A stretch of DNA of 32,000 bases from Candidatus Pelagibacter sp. (GCA_002689925.1 NZIO01000031.1:2982-34981), one strand, 5' to 3'. Shown: positions 7,709 to 16,106, counted from the first letter of the stretch. Program-made: numbers and translations. Notes: generated by a model from the letters alone, not told the origin.

Positions 7709-8722
7709 ATGTTTAATAAAAAAAATATATTAGTAACTGGAGGAACAGGATCGTTTGGGTCTTTTTTAGTTCAATATTTAGCTGAAAACTATCAACCTAA
7801 TAAAATTATTATATATAGCAGGGATGAACTAAAACAGTACGAATTACAAAATAAGGAATTTGTTAAAAAAAATAAAAAGATATTTCGTTTTTTTATAGGT
7901 GATATAAGAGATAAAGACAGATTAAATTTTGCATTTAAAAATAATATTGATTATGTTTTTCATGCTGCGGCCTTGAAACAAGTTCCTGCAGCTGAATATA
8001 ATCCTTTTGAAGCTATTAAAACTAATATCATAGGGTCACAAAATATTATAGACGCTGCTATAGCTAATAATGTTAAAAAAACTATTGCCCTGAGCACAGA
8101 TAAAGCTTCATCCCCAATTAATTTGTATGGTGCTACAAAACTTGTTTCTGATAAACTCTTTGTTGCAGCTAATAATTTTAAAAATAATGATTCTATTTTT
8201 TCTGTAGTTAGATATGGAAATGTTATGGGAAGCAGAGGTTCAGTTATTCCACATTTTTTATCTAAGAAAGATTCAAATCAACTAGAAATTACTGATACTA
8301 GAATGACTCGTTTTAATATTACTCTTAAAGAAGGAGTGGAATTTGTAATTAAATGTTTAAGTAAAAGTTTAGGGGGGGAAGTTTTTGTTCCTAAAATACC
8401 ATCTTATAAAATAACTGATATTGCAAAAGCAATTGCTCCCAAAGCTAAATTAAAAATTATTGGAATTAGACCAGGTGAGAAAATTCATGAAGAAATGATA
8501 TCATCTTCAGAAGGAATGAATACTTTTGAATTTAAAGATTATTTTATTATTTTTCCACAATCACAAGATATATCTTGGGGAATGAAAGAATTTAATAAAA
8601 TCCATAATGGAGAAAAATTTCAAAAAAAAGAATATGGTTTTAGCTATCAAAGCCAAAATAATAAAGATTTTTTAAGCTTAGATCAGATTAAAAATCTCAT
8701 TAAAAAAGAAAGTTACAAATAA
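7709..8722 (+). CDS. pseB: UDP-N-acetylglucosamine 4,6-dehydratase (inverting), PseB/FlaA1 type
   Basis: 337 aa. ILVTGGTGSFG, IIIYSRDELKQ, FFIGDIRD, HAAALKQVPAAEYNPFEAIKTNIIGSQN, LSTDKASSPINLYGATKL, VVRYGNVMGSRGSVIP, MTRFNITL and GIRPGEKIHEEM are near-identical in pattern to H. pylori PseB. Confidence 0.9.
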   Translation: MFNKKNILVTGGTGSFGSFLVQYLAENYQPNKIIIYSRDELKQYELQNKEFVKKNKKIFRFFIGDIRDKDRLNFAFKNNIDYVFHAAALKQVPAAEYNPFEAIKTNIIGSQNIIDAAIANNVKKTIALSTDKASSPINLYGATKLVSDKLFVAANNFKNNDSIFSVVRYGNVMGSRGSVIPHFLSKKDSNQLEITDTRMTRFNITLKEGVEFVIKCLSKSLGGEVFVPKIPSYKITDIAKAIAPKAKLKIIGIRPGEKIHEEMISSSEGMNTFEFKDYFIIFPQSQDISWGMKEFNKIHNGEKFQKKEYGFSYQSQNNKDFLSLDQIKNLIKKESYK

Positions 8723-8737
8723 TAAATTAACATTTAT

Positions 8738-10030
8738 ATGAAAAAAATAGTTTATGTTGCTTTATCAGCAGACATTTTACATGAAGGACATATAAATGTT
8801 CTTAAAAAAGCATCAAAATTTGGAGATGTAGTAGTAGGACTTCTTACCGACGAAGCTATAGCAACATATAAAAAGTTTCCTCATCTAAACTACAAACAAA
8901 GAGAAATTGTTTTAAAGAATATTAAATTTGTTAAAAGAGTAATACCTCAAAGAACACATGATTATTCAGAAAATTTAAATATACTTAAGCCTCACTTTGT
9001 AGTACATGGAGATGATTGGAAAAAAGGTGTTCAATCTTTAGTAAGAAAAAGAGTCTTAAGTACTTTAAAAAAATGGAAAGGTAAGTTAATTGAAATAAAG
9101 TATACAAAAAATATTTCTTCGACACTAATAAGAGATAAAATTAAATCATTAGGCACAACACCTGAAGTAAGAAAGTCGAAATTAAAAAGATTAATAGCAG
9201 CAAAAAAAATTGTTAGATTTCTTGAGTCACACAATTCGCTTACAGGATTAATTATTGAGAAACTTAATATAGTCAGTAAAAATCAAATATTAGAATTTGA
9301 TGGTATGTGGTCATCAAGCCTAACCGACTCAATATCAAGAGGTAAGCCTGATAATCAATCAGTTGATTATTCTACAAGAATATTGGGGCTTAATGAGACA
9401 TTAGACGCAACAACTAAACCTATAATTTTTGATGCAGATAATGGCGGAAGAAACGAACATATACGTCACCTTGTTAAATCCTTAGAGAGAGCGGGAGTTT
9501 CAGCAATGGTTATAGAGGACAAGGTTGGTTTAAAGCAAAATTCATTATTTAAGAATCAAAAAAACATTAAACAAGATAGTATAAAAGAATTTTGTAAAAA
9601 AATTCAGATTGCTAAAGACTCAAGAATTTCTAATGATTTTATGATTGTAGCTAGAATAGAAAGTTTTATTTTAGGAAAGTCTCTTAAAGATGCCCTTAAT
9701 AGGGCAGAAGCTTACTCAAAGGCAGGAGCTGATGCAATTTTAATTCACAGCAAAGAAAAGACTCCAAAACAGATTTTTAGTTTTTCAAAAAAATTTATAA
9801 AAAGCAAATACTATAAACCTATGATTGCAGTACCTTCCAAATATTCAAAAACTAATGAAATTTCATTGATTAAGAATAATTTTAAAGTTGTAATTTATGC
9901 AAATCATTTAATGAGAGCATCACATTTTGCAATGTACAAAACAGCTAGCCAAATTTTAAAAAACGGCAGAAGTTTTGAATCTGAAAAAAATATTACAAAC
10001 CTCGAATCAATCCTGCGTCTTATAAAATAA
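8738..10030 (+). CDS. pepM: Bifunctional cytidylyltransferase (HxGH type) / phosphoenolpyruvate mutase
   Basis: 430 aa. The N-terminal ~135 aa carry HEGH (nt 8780-8791) and ISSTLIR, which are TagD/CCT/ECT-type cytidylyltransferase signatures. The C-terminal ~280 aa are isocitrate-lyase/PEP-mutase-like and contain EDKVGLKQNS (nt 9515-9544), an exact match to the EDK-X5-NS PEP-mutase discriminator motif. Confidence 0.85.
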   Translation: MKKIVYVALSADILHEGHINVLKKASKFGDVVVGLLTDEAIATYKKFPHLNYKQREIVLKNIKFVKRVIPQRTHDYSENLNILKPHFVVHGDDWKKGVQSLVRKRVLSTLKKWKGKLIEIKYTKNISSTLIRDKIKSLGTTPEVRKSKLKRLIAAKKIVRFLESHNSLTGLIIEKLNIVSKNQILEFDGMWSSSLTDSISRGKPDNQSVDYSTRILGLNETLDATTKPIIFDADNGGRNEHIRHLVKSLERAGVSAMVIEDKVGLKQNSLFKNQKNIKQDSIKEFCKKIQIAKDSRISNDFMIVARIESFILGKSLKDALNRAEAYSKAGADAILIHSKEKTPKQIFSFSKKFIKSKYYKPMIAVPSKYSKTNEISLIKNNFKVVIYANHLMRASHFAMYKTASQILKNGRSFESEKNITNLESILRLIK

Positions 10031-10040
10031 TAAACATTTT

Positions 10041-10838
10041 ATGATTAGTAAAAAAGATATTTTAAAATATAATAATGATGGGTATTTAACAATTAAAAAT
10101 TTTTTTAATAAAAAAGAAATATTAAACGCTAAAAATGAAATATTAAAAAAAGTAAATTCTAAAAATAAATTAATATCTACTTATTATGAGGATATTAAAA
10201 AAAAAAAAGAAATTCGAAGAATTGAAAAAATATCAGATTATTCAAAATATTCAAAAAAACTTGTAATTTCAGAAAAATTAAAAAAAATATTAAAAATTCT
10301 TTTAAAGAAAAAATTTTTTTTGTTCAAAGATAAGGTCAACTTTAAACAACCTGGTGGAGCAGGTTTTCTTCCTCATATTGATGGACATTTTTATTGGAAA
10401 AATAAAAAAGATGGTAAACAGCAAGAAGGGTGGAGTAAATATGGAGACAGCTTTATTAATATTGTGATCCCAATGGATTCAACTACAAAAAAGAATGGTT
10501 ATCTTTTTTTATCTAAAAAAAAATATACTTTTAAAAAGTATGGAAAAAGATGGAAAAATATTGCTGATAATTTAGTTTCAGGCACACCTAACTTAAAAGA
10601 TGATGATATTAAAGATTTCAAGTTTAATGGAATGGTTTTAAATATAGGAGATATACTTATTTTTGATTGGAAATGTTGTCATTTTTCAAAAAAAAATTTA
10701 AGTAAAAAATCCAGAATGATTTTTTATCTTACATATGTAAATGCTTGTAAAAAAAATTCTAATTATTTAGTTCGTAAAAAATATTATAGTGAAAAAAAAA
10801 ACAGTCTTAATCCTTTAAAAAGAAAATCATTACAATAG
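10041..10838 (+). CDS. PhyH-family Fe(II)/2-oxoglutarate-dependent dioxygenase
   Basis: 265 aa. Start MISKKDILKYNNDGYLTIKNFF; KQPGGAGFLPHIDGHF (HxD, nt 10374-10382); distal His in CCHFS (nt 10680-10682); SRMIFYLTY as a candidate 2OG-binding Arg. Very lysine-rich. Confidence 0.6.
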   Translation: MISKKDILKYNNDGYLTIKNFFNKKEILNAKNEILKKVNSKNKLISTYYEDIKKKKEIRRIEKISDYSKYSKKLVISEKLKKILKILLKKKFFLFKDKVNFKQPGGAGFLPHIDGHFYWKNKKDGKQQEGWSKYGDSFINIVIPMDSTTKKNGYLFLSKKKYTFKKYGKRWKNIADNLVSGTPNLKDDDIKDFKFNGMVLNIGDILIFDWKCCHFSKKNLSKKSRMIFYLTYVNACKKNSNYLVRKKYYSEKKNSLNPLKRKSLQ

Positions 10839-10840
10839 AA

Positions 10841-11941
10841 ATGATAGCTGCTAAAAATTTTTCAAATACTCTGTTAAAAGAAAATATTAACTTTATAACT
10901 GGTGTACCTGATAGTGTTTTAAAAAATATGATTTTTTCATTTGATAAAAATAAGAAATTTAAGCATATGCCTGCAAATAATGAAGGAACTGCAGTTGCTT
11001 TAGCAATAGGCCATAACTTATCTACAAAGAAAATGGCAGCTGTTTACTTTCAAAACTCTGGACTAGGAAATGCCATAAATCCACTTATTTCTATTGCTCA
11101 TCAAAAAGTATACTCAATTCCAATGGTTTTGATAATAGGTTGGAGAGGATCACCAAATAAACCTGTTGATGAACCTCAACATTCAGTAAAAGGAAAAATT
11201 ACAAAGCAAATTCTTAAACTTTTAAATATTAAGTATTGTATTATAAGAAAAAAGAAGGATTTGAATAAACTTAAAGATTTAATCAAGTTATCTAAAAAAA
11301 ATAAAAAACCAGTAGCATGTTTAGTCGAAAAAGGAACACTTGAAAATCAAAGCAACAAAAACAAAAAAAAATCTAAAAAAAAATATTTACTTAGACATGA
11401 AATAATTTTAGATTTATTAAACAAAATTAAACCTAGCACAAAAATAATCTCAACTACTGGTTATACCTCAAGAGAATTGTATCAATTAAGAAATACTTAT
11501 AATATTTCGAAAGGATCAGATTTTTATATGGTTGGTGGCATGGGTCATTCAGCGATGGTATCTGTTGGTGTAGCACTTAGTACAAGAAATGAAATAATAT
11601 GTTTAGATGGAGATGGATCAATTTTAATGCACCTAGGTTCTTTGAGTTTAATAAGAGGGTCAAATAATAAAAATTTTAAACATATTTTATTAAATAATAG
11701 TTCTCACGAATCAGTTGGGGGACAAAAAACACCAGCTAACAAAATTAATTTTAAATTATTAACTTCTAGCCTAGGGTATAAAAATTATTTTTTTGCCTCT
11801 AATAAGAAAAATTATAATACAAATATTAATAAGTTTTTAAAATCAAAAGGGCCAAGCTTCTTTGAAATTAGAATAGAAGAAGGAAGTATAAAAAATTTAT
11901 TAAGGCCAAATAATTTAAAGAAAATTAAGAATAAATTTTAA
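10841..11941 (+). CDS. ppd: Phosphonopyruvate decarboxylase (ThDP-dependent)
   Basis: 366 aa. INFITGVPDSVLK, NEGTAVALAIGH and the ThDP motif LDGDGSILMHLGS...ILLNNSSHESVGGQ are present. The size, and the position two genes downstream of the PEP mutase gene (the dioxygenase ORF lies between them), fit Ppd. Sulfopyruvate decarboxylase is the nearest alternative family. Confidence 0.8.
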   Translation: MIAAKNFSNTLLKENINFITGVPDSVLKNMIFSFDKNKKFKHMPANNEGTAVALAIGHNLSTKKMAAVYFQNSGLGNAINPLISIAHQKVYSIPMVLIIGWRGSPNKPVDEPQHSVKGKITKQILKLLNIKYCIIRKKKDLNKLKDLIKLSKKNKKPVACLVEKGTLENQSNKNKKKSKKKYLLRHEIILDLLNKIKPSTKIISTTGYTSRELYQLRNTYNISKGSDFYMVGGMGHSAMVSVGVALSTRNEIICLDGDGSILMHLGSLSLIRGSNNKNFKHILLNNSSHESVGGQKTPANKINFKLLTSSLGYKNYFFASNKKNYNTNINKFLKSKGPSFFEIRIEEGSIKNLLRPNNLKKIKNKF

Positions 11942-11950
11942 CTATTTTTA

Positions 11951-13069
11951 ATGATTAGCTATTTAAAATCTACCAATTTAAGTTCTTTAAAAGAATTGTT
12001 AAAAAAAAATAACAATAAAAGAATATTAGTTATTTCAGGAAAAAAATCTTATTATAAGTCTGGAGCAAATAAAATATTTTTTAATTTGTTTAAAAAATTT
12101 AAACATCTAAACTTTTATTTTAAACAATCTTATTTTCCAGAAATTAGTGAATTAATTAAAATAATAAGAAGAATTAAAATATTTCAACCAGATATAATTA
12201 TATCAATTGGAGGAGGTTCAGTTATAGATTATGCAAAAATTGCAAATACCCTATATGATTGTAGAAATATAAAGAATCTAATTATCAAATCAAAGTACAA
12301 TATTAAAAATAAGTATTGTTCATTAATAGCAATACCTACAACCGCAGGCTCAGGAGCAGAAGTAACATCTAATGCAGTAATCTATATTGATAAAAAAAAA
12401 TATTCCATTGAGAATGAAGCATTGATTCCAAATTATTTTTATTTTATCCCTGAATTAATTAAGAATTCTTCAAAAAAAATTAAAGCTTCTTCTGGATTTG
12501 ATGCGATGGCTCAATCACTTGAATCTATTATTTCATTAAAATCAAATTCTACAAGTATAAAATATGCATCAAAATCACTTGAATATTCTTTAAATAATTA
12601 TTTAAATTTTATAAAAAAACCAAATATAAAAAATACTTATAATATGTGTATTTCTGCAAATTTATCTGGCAAAGCTATAAGCATTTCTAAAACAACAGCA
12701 CCTCATGCTGTATCTTATCCTTTTACAGCACATTTTGGAGTAAGTCATGGACATGCTGTATCTCTTACTCTTAATGAGTTTTTAAAATTTAACTTTTTTA
12801 ATATGGGTAATATTAACGTGAATTTTAATTTAAAAAAAAGGTATGAATTAATTTTTAAAATTTTCAAAGTAAAAAATATTTTTGAATTTGATAAAAAATT
12901 AGAAAATTTAAAAAAAGAAGCTAAACTAGAGCAAAATTTTACTAAATTGGGCATTAACATAGCCGAAAACTATAGTAAAATTTTATCTGGAGTTAATACA
13001 CTTAGACTTAAAAACAATCCTATTAATCTAGACAGATCAATAATTAAGAAAATTCTTTTAGAAAAATAA
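11951..13069 (+). CDS. Iron-containing alcohol dehydrogenase, phosphonate-associated (phosphonoacetaldehyde reductase candidate)
   Basis: 372 aa. GGGSVIDYAKI, PTTAGSGAEVT and HAVSYPFTAHFGVSHGHAVS are Fe-ADH signatures. It lies immediately after ppd. Confidence 0.7.
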   Translation: MISYLKSTNLSSLKELLKKNNNKRILVISGKKSYYKSGANKIFFNLFKKFKHLNFYFKQSYFPEISELIKIIRRIKIFQPDIIISIGGGSVIDYAKIANTLYDCRNIKNLIIKSKYNIKNKYCSLIAIPTTAGSGAEVTSNAVIYIDKKKYSIENEALIPNYFYFIPELIKNSSKKIKASSGFDAMAQSLESIISLKSNSTSIKYASKSLEYSLNNYLNFIKKPNIKNTYNMCISANLSGKAISISKTTAPHAVSYPFTAHFGVSHGHAVSLTLNEFLKFNFFNMGNINVNFNLKKRYELIFKIFKVKNIFEFDKKLENLKKEAKLEQNFTKLGINIAENYSKILSGVNTLRLKNNPINLDRSIIKKILLEK

Positions 13070-13074
13070 AACAG

Positions 13075-14442
13075 ATGCCTAAAGATACTATAATATATAT
13101 TCCAATTGAGGCTCCAAAAAGAGAACTTACTTCAAAAACAATGCTTGCTACAAGATTAGCTAAAGCTGGCTATACTACTATATTATTTGAGCACAGTTTT
13201 TTTGATAGACATAAATGGAAAATGCCGGGATTATATTTAGGTAAAAATTTTTTTAGATACGAGAAAAGCAAAACAAATAAATCCTGGTATAATGAAATGA
13301 AAAAAAGCAAAATTGATATTTGGTATTTAGATGAAGAGGCAGGAATTTTCCCTGGAAAAGACCCTAAATCATGGAAAATTTTTTTAGATGAAAGAATTGA
13401 TATAAATAATTTATCATCAAAAGATAAGATTCTTGTTTGGGGAAGGTGGCAGAAAGAACATTGGATAGAAAAAACAAATAAACATGAAGAAAAAAACATT
13501 ATTATAACTGGAACACCACATTATGATATGCTTCAAACAAAATATCATAAATATTTTAGAGAATTTGATTTAAATACTACAGGTAATCTTGAAAATTATA
13601 TTTTAATAAATACTAGATTTTCTCTCGTAAATAGTCATCCAAGACTAGGAAGAAAGGCTGTAGAGAAATTTTATTTAGATGCTGAAGAATCTTTTAAAAA
13701 GTTTAATAAAGAAAAATTTTCTTCTCTCATATTTAAAGAAGAAACTTTTTTAATAAAAAATTTTATTGAATTAGCTAAATACTTATCTGAAAATTTTACT
13801 GATAAAAATATTGTGCTTAGAGCTCACCCAGATGAAGGTTCAGAAAGATATAAAAATGAATTAAGTGCGCATAAAAATATAAAAGTAATTTCTGAGGGAG
13901 GGATTGATAGCTGGATAAGACTTTCTGATTGTGTAATTCACAATGGTTGTTCAACAGCAATTCAGGCTGATTTTGCAAAAAAAAAAGTAATTAGTTATTT
14001 ACCTTCAGATGGAGGACTAAATTTTTATGTAACTACACCAGGTTTACCCAACATGATTGGATTTTTAGCTAAAACCAATGAAGATGTTAAGGAAGCAATA
14101 AAAAATCCAGTTTACAAACAATCAAAACAAAAATGGGAAAGCACTTTTTCTGAAGAAAATACTATTGAAAAAATTGCTTCAATGGTTGAAGAATTTTATC
14201 CAGAAGACAAAACTTCTTCAATGAATATATTTAAGAATTTAAAGATAAAATATTTCATGGTTAATATAAAAGAGTTTTTAAAGGATATCTTAAGACCAAT
14301 TTTTAAAAAACCAAAAGTAATTTTTCCATATGAGGAGTTTTATAATATTATGAAAATTTCATCTACGACATCTAATATTTATGACACTAAAATTTCAGTT
14401 AATAAATTAGCAAGAGGAGCTATTGTAATATCGCCAAAATAA
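13075..14442 (+). CDS. Uncharacterised surface-carbohydrate biosynthesis protein, GT-B / Capsule_synth (KpsS/TagF)-like
   Basis: 455 aa. It has a Rossmann-like N-terminus (IIYIPIEAPKRELTSKTMLATRLAKAGYTTILF). The C-terminal half, IVLRAHPDEG...IKVISEGGIDSWIRLSDCVIHNGCSTAIQADFAKKKVISY, resembles the HP...ST...A motif arrangement of capsule/teichoic CMP/CDP-donor transferases. No specific family is recognised. Confidence 0.35.
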   Translation: MPKDTIIYIPIEAPKRELTSKTMLATRLAKAGYTTILFEHSFFDRHKWKMPGLYLGKNFFRYEKSKTNKSWYNEMKKSKIDIWYLDEEAGIFPGKDPKSWKIFLDERIDINNLSSKDKILVWGRWQKEHWIEKTNKHEEKNIIITGTPHYDMLQTKYHKYFREFDLNTTGNLENYILINTRFSLVNSHPRLGRKAVEKFYLDAEESFKKFNKEKFSSLIFKEETFLIKNFIELAKYLSENFTDKNIVLRAHPDEGSERYKNELSAHKNIKVISEGGIDSWIRLSDCVIHNGCSTAIQADFAKKKVISYLPSDGGLNFYVTTPGLPNMIGFLAKTNEDVKEAIKNPVYKQSKQKWESTFSEENTIEKIASMVEEFYPEDKTSSMNIFKNLKIKYFMVNIKEFLKDILRPIFKKPKVIFPYEEFYNIMKISSTTSNIYDTKISVNKLARGAIVISPK

Positions 14443-14456
14443 TTAATTTTTGAAAA

Positions 14457-14972
14457 ATGAATAAAAATAAAGGAATACTTTTTTGGGTTACTGGACTTTC
14501 AGGATCTGGAAAAACAGAAATTTCAAAAAAAATAAAAAATAAGATATCAAAATTATATGGTCCAACTATAATTTTGCATGGCGATCAACTCAGAAAAACG
14601 TTAAATCTTACAAGATACTCAAAAAATGATAGATATTTAAATTCTAAAAAGTTTGCATTACTTTGCAAAAGTTTAACGGATCAAAAAATTAATGTTATTA
14701 TTGCGCTTATAGGTCTTTTTCATAAAACCCATTCCTGGAATAGGAAAAATATTGATAACTATATAGAAATTTATATACAAAGTAATGTAAAAAAAATAAT
14801 CAGTTATAATAAAAAGAAAACATATAAAAATAATAAAAAAAATATTGTTGGTTTAGATATAAAAGCAGAATTTCCAAAAAAACCACATATTAAAATTGTT
14901 AATAATTTTACAAAAGATTTAAATTATTTGGCACAGGTATTAATTAAAAAAATTAATTTTTTGATAAGTTAA
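14457..14972 (+). CDS. P-loop kinase with adenylylsulfate (APS) kinase fold, divergent CysC-like
   Basis: 171 aa. GILFWVTGLSGSGKTEIS matches the CysC P-loop context. ILHGDQLRKTL aligns with LLDGDNVRHGL, and SKNDRYLNSKKF with SDADRKENIRRV. The FISP and RDPKGLY motifs are degenerate (ALIGLF, SYNKKKTY). Confidence 0.5.
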   Translation: MNKNKGILFWVTGLSGSGKTEISKKIKNKISKLYGPTIILHGDQLRKTLNLTRYSKNDRYLNSKKFALLCKSLTDQKINVIIALIGLFHKTHSWNRKNIDNYIEIYIQSNVKKIISYNKKKTYKNNKKNIVGLDIKAEFPKKPHIKIVNNFTKDLNYLAQVLIKKINFLIS

Positions 14973-14978
14973 TAAGTA

Positions 14979-16091
14979 ATGACTAAAATCACTATACCAA
15001 TTTCAAAACCTCATCTTGAAAAAGATGAAAAAAATAATGTTTTAAAATGTCTTAATTCTGGATGGATTTCATCTGCAGGAAAATATGTTCAAGAATTTGA
15101 AAAATCATTTGTTAATTATTTGGGCAAAGGTTTTGGTGTGGCTGTTTCTAATGGCACTGTAGCAATAGAATTAGCTTTAAGAACATTCAAAATAGGATAT
15201 GGAGATGAGGTAATAATTCCAAATTTTACATATGCGGCTACAATTAATGCAGTAATAAATTCTGGAGCAAAACCTGTTTTAGTTGATATTGAAAAAAGTA
15301 CGTGGACTATAGATATAAATGAAATAAAAAAAAAAATTAGCAAAAAAACTAAAGCGATCATTCCAGTTCATGTATATGGTCAACCTGCAAAAATAGATGA
15401 AATTAAAAGTATAGCTACAAAGAATAAAATTAAAGTAATAGAAGATTGTGCAGAAGCCTTAGGAGCAACTTATAAAAATCGAAAAATAGGTATAGAAAGT
15501 GATTGTGCGACTTTTAGTTTTTTTGGAAACAAAATAATTACTACTGGCGAAGGAGGAATTTTAGTTTTTAATGATAAAAAAAATTCTAATTTAGCTAAGG
15601 TATTAAGGAACCAAGGGCAGTCTACCAACAAATCTTTTTGGCACACTAATGCTGGTTTTAATTTTAGAATGACAAATATTCAAGCTGCAATTGGAGTTGC
15701 ACAAATTAAAAAGATTAAAAAATTTATTTCTAAAAGAAAAAAAATTTTTAAATTTTATTATAATAATTTAAAGATTAATAAAAGGATTGAATTTTTACCT
15801 TCTAATGATTGGTCTGAAAATTCATATTGGTATTATACAATCATAATTAAAAATATTGGCCAATCTAGAAGAAATAAATTAATTGAAATTTTAAAAACAT
15901 ATGGCATTGAAACCAGACCAGGGTTTTACCCATTAAACTCTATGAAACCTTACAAAAAGTATTCTCAAAAAAAATATAAAATTTCTAGTTATATTGGACA
16001 AAACTCTATTACATTGCCAACTTTCTATTCCTTAGAAAAAAAACAACAAAACTATATATCTAAAATATTATTAAAAATAATAGAAAAATAA
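14979..16091 (+). CDS. DegT/DnrJ/EryC1 aminotransferase, perosamine-synthase/LegC-like subgroup
   Basis: 370 aa. SKPHLEKDEKNNVLKCLNSGWISSAGKYVQEFEKSF, SNGTVAIELAL, IEDCAEALGA, FSFFGNKIITTGEGG and NFRMTNIQAAIGVAQ follow the pattern I recall for GDP-perosamine synthase (Per) and LegC. Confidence 0.8.
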   Translation: MTKITIPISKPHLEKDEKNNVLKCLNSGWISSAGKYVQEFEKSFVNYLGKGFGVAVSNGTVAIELALRTFKIGYGDEVIIPNFTYAATINAVINSGAKPVLVDIEKSTWTIDINEIKKKISKKTKAIIPVHVYGQPAKIDEIKSIATKNKIKVIEDCAEALGATYKNRKIGIESDCATFSFFGNKIITTGEGGILVFNDKKNSNLAKVLRNQGQSTNKSFWHTNAGFNFRMTNIQAAIGVAQIKKIKKFISKRKKIFKFYYNNLKINKRIEFLPSNDWSENSYWYYTIIIKNIGQSRRNKLIEILKTYGIETRPGFYPLNSMKPYKKYSQKKYKISSYIGQNSITLPTFYSLEKKQQNYISKILLKIIEK

Positions 16092-16106
16092 TTTAGATTT
16101 TTTACT

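Noticed and set aside
13075-14442. It is tempting to call this ORF methylphosphonate synthase (MpnS/HEPD-like). It directly follows ppm-ppd-ADH as in the archaeal MPn cluster, and its length (455 aa) is similar.
   Set aside because: The sequence looks like a Rossmann/GT-B-type protein (beta-alpha-beta N-terminus and an HP...ST..A C-terminal pattern). I could not see cupin-type His/Gln/His iron-ligand motifs or the duplicated cupin architecture. Position and length alone are not sufficient. A profile search against MpnS/HEPD should still be run.
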